A stretch of DNA of 64,000 nt from an uncultured Gemmatimonadota bacterium. GTDB taxonomy: Bacteria > GCA-2686955. Position 1 is the stretch's first letter. Every line of letters starts with the position of its first letter. The stretch covers positions 1 to 64,000 of the forward strand of contig CAZBBK010000011.1 in the NCBI GenBank assembly GCA_964490075.1. Reading direction: 5' to 3'. A model generated the notes under the pieces. That model worked only from the letters and a program-made list of their open reading frames with translations, did no database searches and was not told the DNA's origin. Positions 21,331 through 31,385 of this stretch are shown in pieces. Both the position numbers and the translations under genes were made by a program.

Positions 21331-22766
21331 GGCAAGGCGAGGCGCGCCACCCCATCGCGCAGCCGTACGGCGAATGGCCGTCCGTCCACATCCTCGAGCG
21401 AGATGCGCCGCGCCCGCGCCATTCGCGCATCGATCAGGCCGCCCGCGACGGCCGCCAGCTCGGCGTCGTAGCACTCCACGTCCAACTCGAAGTTGAGCCG
21501 GAGCGAGCGGGCATCCCAGTTGGCGGAGCCGAGCAGGGTCCAGATCTCGTCGACCACCACGAGCTTGGTGTGATCGAAAGGCGGCGGCGTGAGATAGACG
21601 CGGCAACCGCTCTGCAACACCTGCCAGAGCTGCGCGGCCATCGCCCAGCGCACCAGCGCCAGGTTGCCCATCTCCGGCAGCACGATGTCGACCTCGACGC
21701 CGCGCAGCGCGGCGACCTGCAGGGCGGCGAGCAGCACCGGGTCCGGCACGAAGTACGGGGTCACGATTCGGATGCGATGCCGGGCACTGGCGATGGCGCA
21801 TTGCAGGGTCAGAGAGAGCGCGCGCTGGGGGCCGTCCGGACCGTCCGGGATGCCGCGTGCGATCACCTCTCCGCGGGGCGGAAGCGCCGGGAAATAGTCG
21901 TCGCCGGTCAGCTCCTCGCCGGTGCAGAAGGCCCAATCGTCGGCGAAGGTGGCCTGCAGATGGGCCACCACGGGACCCTGCAGACGGGCCTGCAGATCGT
22001 GGATCGCCGCCGCGCGCTCGGTCGCGGCCACCTCGTGCCCGGCGCGAATGTTCATGCCACCGGTGAAGCCGACCTCACCGTCCACCACCAGGAGCTTGCG
22101 ATGGTTGCGCAGGTTGACATAGGGCCAGCGCGAGGGGATCAGGGTCGGCAGGAAGAAGGCCACGGGGACTTCGCGCTCCCGCAGCTCGGTCTCGATGGTC
22201 GGATAGGAGTAGTGACGTCCGACTCCGTCGATCAGCACTCGAACCGCCACCCCCCGCATGCGGGCGCGCTCGAAAGCCCGCGCGAAGCGGATCCCGACTC
22301 GATCCCGGTCGAAGATGTAGCTGGCGCAGGTGACGCTGCGGCGCGCACCTTCGATGGCCTCGAGCATCGCCGGATAGGCGGCCTCACCATCGGCCAGCAG
22401 CTCGCAGCGGTTGCCCGATTCCAGACCGAAGGGGCTGATGCGATCGACCAGTCGGCGCAGCGGCCAGAGGTGCGCCGGGGCCCAGGACGATCCGGCCAGC
22501 GCCGCGCTCAGCGAGAGCCGCGCCGCCCCTTCGGGTGCGCTCGGTGCCCGCAGCCCACGCGCCCGGCGCGCGATCCGGTTGACACCGAAGAGCCAGTAGA
22601 AAACCGAGCCGAGCAAGGGCACGAACCAGATGAAGCCGACCCAGGCGATGGCGGCCCGCGGATCCCGCTTGTAGAGCAGCGCGCGGATGCTGGTGTAGAC
22701 CGCCACGGCGACCACCATCGCGCTGAAGAGCAACGTCTCACCAACCGATGCCAGCCCCTCGATCAT
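21321..22766 (-). CDS. cls: Cardiolipin synthase (phospholipase D family)
   Basis: N-terminal TM hairpin; two HKD motifs (NHRKLLVVD, DHTKLVVVD). Confidence 0.9.
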   Translation of the reverse strand: MIEGLASVGETLLFSAMVVAVAVYTSIRALLYKRDPRAAIAWVGFIWFVPLLGSVFYWLFGVNRIARRARGLRAPSAPEGAARLSLSAALAGSSWAPAHLWPLRRLVDRISPFGLESGNRCELLADGEAAYPAMLEAIEGARRSVTCASYIFDRDRVGIRFARAFERARMRGVAVRVLIDGVGRHYSYPTIETELREREVPVAFFLPTLIPSRWPYVNLRNHRKLLVVDGEVGFTGGMNIRAGHEVAATERAAAIHDLQARLQGPVVAHLQATFADDWAFCTGEELTGDDYFPALPPRGEVIARGIPDGPDGPQRALSLTLQCAIASARHRIRIVTPYFVPDPVLLAALQVAALRGVEVDIVLPEMGNLALVRWAMAAQLWQVLQSGCRVYLTPPPFDHTKLVVVDEIWTLLGSANWDARSLRLNFELDVECYDAELAAVAGGLIDARMARARRISLEDVDGRPFAVRLRDGVARLALPYL

Positions 22767-23572
22767 CGGCGCCCGCCCGGCGTCAAGAAACGCCGCACCA
22801 GGTCGGCCATCGCCCGCGGCGCCTGGGCGGTGAGATCGTGGCCCACGCCGGGCAGCACCTCCAGGCGGGCTCCCGGGATGCGCCCGGCGAGGATCAGCGA
22901 GTTCTGGTGCGGAATCAGCGCGTCGGCGTCCCCGGTCACCACCAGCGCCGGCAGGTCGAGGCGCTCCATCTCCTCCCCCATCTCATGCCGCCAGGCCGCC
23001 CACGCCTGGCGCGCGATCACCAGCAACGAGGGCGGATCGAGCGCCGCGTTGTGCCGCCACAGCTCGACCACCTCGGCGCTCTCCCGGGCGAACTCCGGCG
23101 TACAGATCGCGCTCGCCATGCTGCGGGCCGCCGGCGTCCCCCGCAAGAACGCACCCGCCGCGGCGATGCGGGCCATGGTACCGATCCGCGGCCGCAGGCC
23201 CCAGCGCGGACCGCACCAGGTCGCGCCGAGGATCAGACGGTCGACCCGTCCGACGTGCTCGTGGGCCAGGCGCTGCGCCACCATCCCCCCGAGCGAGAGC
23301 CCGAACACGTGGGCGCGCTCCGCGAACACCGACTTCATCAGATCGGCCAGGTCCCGGGCCAGCTCGGCGATGCCGAACGCCCCCGCCGCCGCGGACGAGC
23401 GCCCGATCCCCCGGTGGTCATAGGCCAGGATCCGAAAATGCGGGCGCAGGTAGTCGGCGAAGGGTTCCCAGTAGCGCAGCGACCGCGCCAGGCCCCGGAT
23501 CAGCACCAAGGGCGGCCCCCTGCCGCTGATCTCGTAGTAGATCCGGTGTCCGTCGATCCGCGCGTGTGGCAT
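22763..23572 (-). CDS. Alpha/beta hydrolase
   Basis: YDHRGIG, GLSLGG nucleophile elbow, GDAD, VGH. Confidence 0.88.
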   Translation of the reverse strand: MPHARIDGHRIYYEISGRGPPLVLIRGLARSLRYWEPFADYLRPHFRILAYDHRGIGRSSAAAGAFGIAELARDLADLMKSVFAERAHVFGLSLGGMVAQRLAHEHVGRVDRLILGATWCGPRWGLRPRIGTMARIAAAGAFLRGTPAARSMASAICTPEFARESAEVVELWRHNAALDPPSLLVIARQAWAAWRHEMGEEMERLDLPALVVTGDADALIPHQNSLILAGRIPGARLEVLPGVGHDLTAQAPRAMADLVRRFLTPGGRR

Positions 23573-23581
23573 GGGCGGATC

Positions 23582-23681
23582 NNNNNNNNNNNNNNNNNNN
23601 NNNNNNNNNNNNNNNNNNNNNNNNNNNNNNNNNNNNNNNNNNNNNNNNNNNNNNNNNNNNNNNNNNNNNNNNNNNNNNNNN
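23582..23681. other. Assembly gap (100 N)
   Basis: Run of N with TGGGCGGATC on both sides. Confidence 0.99.
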
Positions 23682-23700
23682 TGGGCGGATCGCTACGCCC

Positions 23701-24873
23701 CTAGGGCGCGTGCACCTCGAAGAGCCCGGCGCCGCCCATGCCGCCGCCGATGCACATCGTGACGATGCCGAGCCCGCCGCCGCGCCGCCTGAGCTCGTGG
23801 ATCAGGGTGGTCGAGAGCTTGGCTCCGGTGCAGCCGAGCGGATGGCCGAGGGCGATCGCGCCGCCGTTGACATTCACCTTGGCCGGGTCGAGTCCCAGCT
23901 CGCGCAGCACGTAGACCGACTGCGCGGCGAACGCCTCGTTGACCTCCAAGAGGTCGATCTGATCCAGCGACATCCCCTTGCGCTCCAGCAGCTTGCGCAC
24001 CGCCGGCACGGGGCCGATCCCCATGATATCGGGGTCGACTCCGGCCGCCACGAAGCCGCGGAAGGTGGCCAGCGGCGCCAGGCCTCGTGCCTTCGCCTCC
24101 TCCGCCGCCATCACCACGGTGCAGGCCGCCCCGTCGGAGATCGGAGAGGAGTTGCCGGCGGTCACGGTGCCCTTCAGCATGAAGGCCGAACGCAGCTTGG
24201 CCAGGCCTTCGACCGTGGTCTCGGCGCGCGGGCACTCGTCCTGCTCGAGCGTGACCTCGGTCCAGACTCCGGCCTCGCTCTGCATTCGAGTCGCCACGGG
24301 CACCAGCTCGTCGTTGAAGCGTCCGGCCGCTTGTGCCGCCGCCGCCCGCGCCTGACTCTCGGCCGCGAACTCGTCCTGCGCCTCGCGGCTCACTTCGAAG
24401 CGCTTTGCCACCTCCTCCGCGGTATGACCCATCGCCGAGTACGACTCCGGGAAGCTCGCCGCGAGCTCGGGGTTGGGACAGGGTTTGAGGCCGGTCATCG
24501 GCACGATCGACATGCTCTCGACCCCGCCGGCCAGCACGATATCGGCATCGTCGACCGCGACCGACTGGGCCGCCAGCGCGATCGCTTGCAGCCCGGAGGA
24601 GCAGAAGCGGTTGATGGTCATGGCCGGAACCGAGGTCGGCAGGCCGGCGATCAACGAAGCGATGCGGGCGATGTTCATGCCCTGCTCCGACTCGGGAATC
24701 GCACAGCCCATGATCAGGTCGTCGATCTGGGCCGCCTCCAGGCCCGCGGTGCGCTCACAAGCGGCGCCGACCGCGATGGCCGCGAGATCATCGGGCCGAG
24801 TGTCTTTGAGCAGGCCCTTCTTGCCCCGGCCGACCGGGGTGCGGATGGTGGTGACGATCACAGCGTCGCGCAT
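23701..24873 (-). CDS. fadA: Acetyl-CoA C-acyltransferase (thiolase)
   Basis: NRFCSSG, NEAFA, GHPLG, CIGGG. Confidence 0.93.
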   Translation of the reverse strand: MRDAVIVTTIRTPVGRGKKGLLKDTRPDDLAAIAVGAACERTAGLEAAQIDDLIMGCAIPESEQGMNIARIASLIAGLPTSVPAMTINRFCSSGLQAIALAAQSVAVDDADIVLAGGVESMSIVPMTGLKPCPNPELAASFPESYSAMGHTAEEVAKRFEVSREAQDEFAAESQARAAAAQAAGRFNDELVPVATRMQSEAGVWTEVTLEQDECPRAETTVEGLAKLRSAFMLKGTVTAGNSSPISDGAACTVVMAAEEAKARGLAPLATFRGFVAAGVDPDIMGIGPVPAVRKLLERKGMSLDQIDLLEVNEAFAAQSVYVLRELGLDPAKVNVNGGAIALGHPLGCTGAKLSTTLIHELRRRGGGLGIVTMCIGGGMGGAGLFEVHAP

Positions 24874-24966
24874 ATCCGTGTTTCCTCGCTTGCGCGGGGC
24901 TCGTCACCCCGCGCGATCTTGGGATCCCGCCGCGCCGCGCGGCGCGGCGAGGCGGGCGTCGTCGTG

Positions 24967-27381
24967 CTAGTTACGCAGCGGCTTGCCGGTCGAGAGAAGA
25001 TGTTGGATCCGATCCATCGTCTTCGGCTCGCCACACAGCGACAAGAAAGCCTCCCGCTCCAGGTCGAGAATGTGCTGCTCGTCGACCAGGCTGCCTTCGG
25101 CCACGTCGCCACCGGTCAGGATGCGTGCCACGTGACGTCCCAGCACTGCGTCGAACTCGGAGATGTAGCCGCCGGTCTGGAAGCCGTTCACGCCCACCAA
25201 CAGCGCGCCGTAGCCGGTGCGCCCCGCGACCCTCACCTTCTTCGGCGGCGGCGGTTTCCAGCCGCTCTCGGCCATGTGGATCACCATCGCCTTGGCGTCG
25301 CCGGTGAGGTGCGCCCGATTGGCGGTGATCCGATCGGCCGGAGCCAGGAAGCCGCGCTCTCGCGCCTCGGTCGCAGACAGGCAGACTTGCGCCTGCCCAA
25401 TCAGCTCGAACACCCGTTGTGTCAGGTGGAAGGGCTCGGCCGGGGTCTTCTCCGGCAGGGCGCCCAGGTAGCGGAAGAGAAGCTCCTTGCAGCCGCCGCC
25501 CGCCGGCACCAGCCCGACTCCGAGCTCGACCAGCCCGACGTAGAGCTCGGCGTGCGCCTGGATCCGCGAGGCCGCCATCATCACCTCGGCACCGCCGCCC
25601 AGGGTCAGTCCGAAGGGGGCCGCCACCACCGGCTTGGGCGAGTGCTTCATGCGCAGCGTGAGTTGCTGCAAACCCTGCACCAGCTGCTCGATGGCGTCGA
25701 AGTTCTGGGCCATCGCCAGCATCGCCACCGCCATCACGTTGGCGCCGGCGCTGAAGGCGTCGCCTTCGTTGGTGATCACCACTCCGCGCCAGTCGTCGCC
25801 ATCCTCGAGCAGCTCGACCGCCTGCGCGGCCATCTTGAGGATGTCGTCGTCGAGCGAGTTCATCTTGGTGTGGAACTCGAGCCCCAGCACGCCGTCGCCC
25901 AGATCGAGCAGATCGGCGCCCGGGTTGCGCTTCAGCACGCCGCCCTGGGCCTTCACCCGTGCCAGTGGGATCTCGTTCGGCGCCAGCTCGATCGGTCGGT
26001 ACTCGAGCCCCTCGATGCACCAGTAATGGCGTACCCCGTCGACATCCTTGTAGAACGACTTCTCGCCCTTCTCCAGCAGCTGTGTCACCACCGCCGGCAC
26101 TTCGCGCCCCTCGGCGCGCAGCCGCTCGGCGGTCTCCGCGACCCCGTTGGCATCCCAGCTCTCGAAGGGGCCAAGCTCCCAGTTGAATCCCCAGCGCATG
26201 GCGCGGTCGACATTGTTGATGTCGTCGGAGATCTCGCCGGCGATGTTGGCCGCGTAGACCATCATGCCGCTCATAGCCTTCCAAGCCAGCTCGCCGGCGC
26301 GGTCGCTGTGGTTCAGCATCGCCTTGAAGCGCGCCGTCACATCGCCGATTCCCTTGGCCGCGCCCAGCGAGGCGAACTTCGGCTTCACGACCTCGCGATA
26401 CTCCAGAGTGTCGATGTCGAGCACCATGCGCTTCGACTTGCCGTCCGGGCCCTTCTCGCGCTTGTAGAAACCCTGTTTCGTCTTGTTGCCGAGCAGCCCC
26501 TTGTCGACCATCTTCTGCAAGAAGCCTGGGATCTCCAGCGAGCTCAACTCCGGATCGTGGGTGCACGAGGCGACGACATGTTTCGATACCAGTAGCAAGG
26601 TGTCGATGCCGACCAGGTCACCGGTCTTGAAGGCGGCGGTCTTGGGACGCGCACAGGCCGGGCCGAAGATCGCGTCGATCTCTTCGATCGTGAAGCCGCC
26701 CTCTTTCATGTGCTGGAACGAAGCCAACGTGGAGTGGATGCCGATGCGGTTGGCGATGAAGTTCGGCGTATCCTTGGCGTAGACGACGCCCTTGCCGAGG
26801 GTCTGCTCGCCGAACTCGGCCAGATCGGCCATCACCTTGGGATCGGTCTTCGGCAACGCCACCAGCTCCAGCAGGCGCATGTGGCGCACCGGATTGAAGA
26901 AGTGGGTCACCATGAAATGACGCTTGAACTCGTCGTCCAGGTCCTCGGTCATGTCTTTCAGCGACAATCCAGAAGTGTTGCTGGTGACGATGGTGCCGGG
27001 TTTGCGCACCTGGGCGATGCGCTGGAAGAGGCTCTGCTTGATGTCGAGGCGCTCGACCACCACCTCGATGATCCAGTCGACCTCCGCCAGGAGTTCGAAA
27101 TCGTCTTCGAAGTTCCCGGCGCTCACCAGTGATGCAACCGATTCGTGGTAGTAGGCAGGAGTCGGCTTGCCCTTCTTGCAAGCCTCGATCGCACCCAGCG
27201 CCAGCTTGCTGCGGAACTCGGGCGAGCTCTCGTCCACTCCCTTCTCGCGGTCTGAGTCGCCGTACTTGGGAACGATATCGAGAAGCAGAACGGGGATGCC
27301 GCAGCCGGCCAGGTGGGCGGCGATGCCACTTCCCATGACTCCGGCGCCGAGAACGGCGGCCTTCCGGATGGTTCGGGCCAT
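24967..27381 (-). CDS. fadN: 3-hydroxyacyl-CoA dehydrogenase / enoyl-CoA hydratase (FadN-type)
   Basis: GAGVMG, SNTSG, HFFNP, ANRIG; C-terminal crotonase (FSAGAN, GGGAE), ends GKPLRN. Confidence 0.9.
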   Translation of the reverse strand: MARTIRKAAVLGAGVMGSGIAAHLAGCGIPVLLLDIVPKYGDSDREKGVDESSPEFRSKLALGAIEACKKGKPTPAYYHESVASLVSAGNFEDDFELLAEVDWIIEVVVERLDIKQSLFQRIAQVRKPGTIVTSNTSGLSLKDMTEDLDDEFKRHFMVTHFFNPVRHMRLLELVALPKTDPKVMADLAEFGEQTLGKGVVYAKDTPNFIANRIGIHSTLASFQHMKEGGFTIEEIDAIFGPACARPKTAAFKTGDLVGIDTLLLVSKHVVASCTHDPELSSLEIPGFLQKMVDKGLLGNKTKQGFYKREKGPDGKSKRMVLDIDTLEYREVVKPKFASLGAAKGIGDVTARFKAMLNHSDRAGELAWKAMSGMMVYAANIAGEISDDINNVDRAMRWGFNWELGPFESWDANGVAETAERLRAEGREVPAVVTQLLEKGEKSFYKDVDGVRHYWCIEGLEYRPIELAPNEIPLARVKAQGGVLKRNPGADLLDLGDGVLGLEFHTKMNSLDDDILKMAAQAVELLEDGDDWRGVVITNEGDAFSAGANVMAVAMLAMAQNFDAIEQLVQGLQQLTLRMKHSPKPVVAAPFGLTLGGGAEVMMAASRIQAHAELYVGLVELGVGLVPAGGGCKELLFRYLGALPEKTPAEPFHLTQRVFELIGQAQVCLSATEARERGFLAPADRITANRAHLTGDAKAMVIHMAESGWKPPPPKKVRVAGRTGYGALLVGVNGFQTGGYISEFDAVLGRHVARILTGGDVAEGSLVDEQHILDLEREAFLSLCGEPKTMDRIQHLLSTGKPLRN

Positions 27382-27545
27382 CGTGGGGAACCTCCAAGGG
27401 TTCGCAGCTCCCGAGCGGCCCGAATCGAGGCGCAGCCTGCGGTGCGGGCGGAGGGGCTGCATGGGCTCTTGGTCATCAGCGCGGCCGCTTCGGGCCGCGT
27501 TCCAGAGGGGCGGCGGAGCTTCCGCCTGCCCTCGGGTCTGCCCCA

Positions 27546-27574
27546 AGGGTAGTGGCTATGGCGCAGTGCGTCAA
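27546..27574 (-). promoter_or_regulatory. Putative sigma70 promoter of the fadN operon, TTGACG-N17-TACCCT
   Basis: Canonical spacing with a TAnnnT -10. Confidence 0.55.
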
Positions 27575-27588
27575 TTGGCGTCGGGGAA

Positions 27589-27994
27589 TCTGGGTTTCGA
27601 CGTAGCGCTTCTAGAGCGACGCACTTCGCGAAGAACCGCGGGCCCAGCGGGAGTCCGCCGGCCTCCGGGGATCCATCCGCGGTTGGGGGGGCGGTCTCGA
27701 CGGGACTTTTTCGCGTGCCCTTGCCCCTGCCCGACTCCGTTGCCCGAATCGGGCAGGGGCGCGGGCAGGTTCTGTTCCGTACCGGCCGCTCCCTGCGTAG
27801 AGGCTCGCTAGTTCCCGTCCACGAATGCAGGTCTGCGGCTGCCGGAGCGCGACGGGCCCAGCTGCAAGGCGGCGAAGCCGAAGGAATAGCAGGGCTATTT
27901 CGAGGTTTCGCCAACGCAGCAGATGGGTCCGTCCCGCCCGGCAGGCGCGGGGCTGCATTCGTGGATGGGGACTCGCTATATCGAAACGCCAGAA
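27589..27994. repeat. MITE/REP-like region bounded by inverted copies of the motif CGCTA(T/C)(A/G)TCGAAAC(N)CCAGA; contains a palindromic repeat unit (27628-27812)
   Basis: Motif at 27589-27607 and, inverted, at 27974-27994; internal TGCCCC/GGGGCA hairpin; the unit recurs at 30886-30986 plus 31802-31899. Confidence 0.75.
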
Positions 27995-28120
27995 CCACCG
28001 CCCCACCCATTGACACCCCCACCCCAACGCCGCGCAGCGGAGGCGCCGGCGACGAAGCGGCCAACGGGGCCAACGTGCGGCCGCAGCGACGCGATCCGTC
28101 AACGCCATGATGACCGCGAC

Positions 28121-29875
28121 CTACTCGGCGATCGGAAAGCCCGCTCGGGTGGTGAACAGGCAGCGATCCAGGAGCAGCGGCGCCGCGGGCAGCTCGATGC
28201 CCCACTCGTTGATCCCCTCCGGCAGCCGGATCCGTCCCAGACTCACCCACCACCAACCGGCCGGCGCGGGGATCGGGGGGTCGGCGTGGGGCACCAGGCC
28301 GTTCAGCGACACCAGAGGCGCTGCTGCCCCTGTGTCGCCTTGGCGACGCAATCGGAGCCAGAGCGCGTAGTCGTCCCATTCCGGCATTTCGGCGCGCAGG
28401 AAGACCCGGCCGGGTCCCTCGGCGAGGCTGAGCGCCCGGCCACCCCAAGCCGTGGAATCGGCGACCACCTGGAAGGGCCCCGTGTCGTTGAAGGACTCGA
28501 TCTCGCGGTAGAGATCTTTGTGGTAGGAGCCGGTCTTCCAGCGATCGTACATCCAGCGGGGGCAGGGGATACGCTCCGGGGTGTGGAGGCCCGGGGTATC
28601 GAAGGCGTGAATCTCACCGGAGGTGTCCTGGAAGATCACCTCGGTGTCGCCGTCGCGGTCCAGGTCGGTGATCACGCCGTGCGTGAATTGGTTTCCGTTC
28701 AGCTCGTGCGGCCATCCCTCCACCGTGCTGGCATCCAGCTCCAGCGCCCACAAGCCCGGCTGGCTGCCACCCACGAAGATCTCCGGCGCGGGATCCCCAT
28801 CGAGATCGGCGATCACCGCCTGGGATTGAATGATGCCGGGACCGTACCAGGGCCAATGGCGGTGGGTTTCGCCGTCGGGCCTCAGCAGGGTGAAGATCCC
28901 CGAGTAGGAGGGACAAGCCACCGCCTCGATCGGCCCGTCCGCGCGACCGAAGGGGATCGGCATGGTCTCCAGAGGGCCAATATCCGCCGGCGGCCAGCCC
29001 GGGATGGGAGCCCCGGTGTGGTCCAGGGCGTGCAAGTGGTGGTTCGCGCAGCCCGCGATCAGCTCGGGACGGGGGTCCCCGTGCAGATCGGCCAGCGGGA
29101 TCGGCACCCAGATCACCCCGTCGTCGAGCTCGGCGAAGACGCTGTCGGGGCCCACCGGAGTGCCGTCGTGGTGGTAGGCGAAGACCCAGCCGGGGGGAAT
29201 GAAGGCGGAGCCGATGTTGCCGGCGAAGACCAGCTCCATGTCGCCGTCCAGGTCCAGATCGCCGACGCTGATGTCGTCTTCGAGCAGCATGCCGGCGAAC
29301 TTCTTGGGCCAGGGCGGCACGGAGGTCCCGCGGCAGTCGCGCACGTGGACCCAGCTCGTGTCGTGGTGGGTGCCGCCCAGGCGCGCCTCGGCGAAGATCA
29401 CCTCCAGCTTGCCGTCGGCGTCGAGATCGAAGAGGGTGGCGCCCTGAGCGATGTACCAGGGCACCTCCACCGGCCAACCGGCGGGCTCTTGCCCATCGTA
29501 CTGAAAGGCGTGGATGATGCCGCGGTCGAGTGGGACGGAGGTATTGACGACCAGCTCCGGCACGCCATCGTTGTCCAGGTCGGCCGAAGAGGGGCCACGC
29601 CACATGGGATACTCGATGGTCCGCGGCCACCCCGGCAGGGGAGCTCCCGTCCAGTCCCAGCCGCCGAGCTGGTACGGCTGCTGGGCGAATGACCCAGCGT
29701 AAACCTCCGGATACCGATCCCGATTCAGATCGCTCACGGCGGGCGCCGCGCTGAGCCCCCAGCTCACCGGCCAGCCGGCGTTCTCCTCGATCGCCTGGAG
29801 CGGCGAAGAGGAGAGTGTCGCCAGCACGGCCGAGCTTCCCACGACGCGTGCCCGAAGAGGAGCGGCGCGCCTCAT
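28121..29875 (-). CDS. Secreted FG-GAP/VCBS-repeat beta-propeller protein with C-terminal beta-sandwich
   Basis: Repeated GWP...DLDxDG motifs; signal peptide; ATGA overlap with the upstream gene. Confidence 0.85.
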   Translation of the reverse strand: MRRAAPLRARVVGSSAVLATLSSSPLQAIEENAGWPVSWGLSAAPAVSDLNRDRYPEVYAGSFAQQPYQLGGWDWTGAPLPGWPRTIEYPMWRGPSSADLDNDGVPELVVNTSVPLDRGIIHAFQYDGQEPAGWPVEVPWYIAQGATLFDLDADGKLEVIFAEARLGGTHHDTSWVHVRDCRGTSVPPWPKKFAGMLLEDDISVGDLDLDGDMELVFAGNIGSAFIPPGWVFAYHHDGTPVGPDSVFAELDDGVIWVPIPLADLHGDPRPELIAGCANHHLHALDHTGAPIPGWPPADIGPLETMPIPFGRADGPIEAVACPSYSGIFTLLRPDGETHRHWPWYGPGIIQSQAVIADLDGDPAPEIFVGGSQPGLWALELDASTVEGWPHELNGNQFTHGVITDLDRDGDTEVIFQDTSGEIHAFDTPGLHTPERIPCPRWMYDRWKTGSYHKDLYREIESFNDTGPFQVVADSTAWGGRALSLAEGPGRVFLRAEMPEWDDYALWLRLRRQGDTGAAAPLVSLNGLVPHADPPIPAPAGWWWVSLGRIRLPEGINEWGIELPAAPLLLDRCLFTTRAGFPIAE

Positions 29876-30823
29876 GGGCTGCCGCACTCGCCCACCCCTT
29901 CCACGTACTCCACGCAGGGGAGGGTGCCGTTGGGATCCCACATGTTGAAGGGGCCGCCGTAGGCGCCGATGTCGCATGTGGGGAGACCGAGCCCCGGGCC
30001 GCCAGCGAGGTCGTAGCGGTTGATACCCGGAAACCCCACATCGATCGCATCCGACTGCAGGCCCGGCGTCACCGGGTAGCAGGGCGAGGGCTGCCCATCG
30101 GTCTTCAGCATGAAGCTGACCGCGCTGTTCGAACCGCTGATGAGCCCTTGAAACCGGGGGTTGTTGTTGGCGATCGTGCCGACGAAATGATAAGCGCTCA
30201 AGGCGTCCACGCCGGCGCCCGAGCCGGTGGCGATGACCTCGTTGTTGAGGATGTGGCCCCACTTGAGCGGCTGAAAGTACAGGCCGTTCGCCCGGTAGCT
30301 CTTGTTACCGATGTCCAACACGCCCTCCACCCGAGTGGCGGACTCGAAGAAGTTGTCCTCCAAGAAGAGCCCGGTGAGATAGTCCTGGTTGGGGGCGGAC
30401 TCTCGATGGAAGATCTTGAGCGCGCGGGCGTCCCCCAGTCCGCGGACCTCGAAACCACGAACGGTCACTCGCATATCGTTGGAGCGGGTTTGGGGGCGAC
30501 CGATCCCATCGGCGTCGTTGTAGATCTCGATCGTCGCCCGTCCTCGCGCCGAGCTCGTGTGCTCCACGACGACGGAAGCTCCGTTCTCGATGTCCGCCAA
30601 GAGGAAGATCTCGTAGGCGGGCGGGTTGGTCGCGGGTGGAGTGATGAGCAGTTGCTCCACGTAGGTGCCGGCCAGGACCAGAACGGTGTCCCCATCCGCG
30701 GCTGCTTCCAGCGCGGCCTGAATGGTCAGGTAATCACCGGCCCCATTTTGTCCACAACGAGCGTAACCGCGGTCGCGGGACCATTCGAGAAGATCGCCAA
30801 CGCGCCGCCGAGTAGCTCGTCAT
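29872..30823 (-). pseudogene. Frameshifted beta-helix (pectin-lyase-like) secreted protein gene
   Basis: GGAGG RBS and ATG at 30823; the signal peptide and GDYLTIQAALEAAADGDTVLVLAGTYVE lie in different frames; C-terminal SDAIDVG..DIGAYGG. Confidence 0.7.
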
Positions 30824-30885
30824 CGTCCTCCTTTTTGGTTGGGCGTGATCATGGCACATTCCCGGCGCGCGGGACGAGATCGTCG

Positions 30886-30986
30886 GCGAAGAAGCGCGGA
30901 CCCAGCGGGAGTCCGCCGGCCTCCGGGGATCGATCCGCGGTGGGGGGGGCGGTCTCGACTGGACTTCTTCGCGTGCCCCTGCCCTG
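30886..30986. repeat. Left half of the second copy of the palindromic repeat
   Basis: Near-identical to 27628-27729. Confidence 0.85.
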
Positions 30987-31140
30987 TACCGTTTCTCCCA
31001 GCCTGGCTGGAGCCCCTGATCAGGGATGATCCAGTCAGGCCGGGCCAATCCTCCGGGAGCCACCTTTCTTGCCCGGCGCTTCGAGCGCCAGTACAGGGGT
31101 GACCCGACCATCGCGGCGGTCTTATCTATCCTTTGTAGCA
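30987..31140 (+). ncRNA. Candidate IS110 bridge/seek RNA (structured left end)
   Basis: Two stem-loops with internal loops; segments match the predicted circle junction; lies 5' of the recombinase gene. Confidence 0.5.
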
Positions 31141-31151
31141 AGGAGTTGGCT

Positions 31152-31385
31152 GTGGAAGAGGCGAGCGTACTGGTGTTCGTAGGAGTGGATTGGGCGACGC
31201 CTGAGCATCAGGTTTGTGCGATCGATCCCTCGGGCGAGCTGCTTGGAGAGGGCGTTGTCCCCCTCACCGCCCGGGAGCTCGAGAGGCTGTGCAAGTGACT
31301 CTTGGAGCTTTGCCACGGCGATCCGGGGCGAGTCTGGGTGGGCATCGAGATTCCGACCGGCAGGGTGGTCGAGATCCCACCGTAG
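31152..31385 (+). pseudogene. Truncated IS110 recombinase (DEDD/RuvC N-terminus)
   Basis: AGGAG RBS; VFVGVDWATPEHQVCAIDPSG...LCK*LLELCHGDPGRVWVGIEIPTGRVVE; in-frame TGA at 31296; no C-terminal domain. Confidence 0.8.

Noticed and set aside
23566-26595. Very long opposite-strand or alternative-frame ORFs (also 20676-23423, 36301-40098, 37575-40406 and most of 57981-60281)
   Set aside because: Shadow ORFs typical of high-GC DNA; they overlap well-supported genes and lack motifs.
31296-31298. Selenocysteine or recoded TGA in the IS110 ORF
   Set aside because: The context fits a TGG to TGA nonsense change in a truncated gene, and other genes use TGA as stop.
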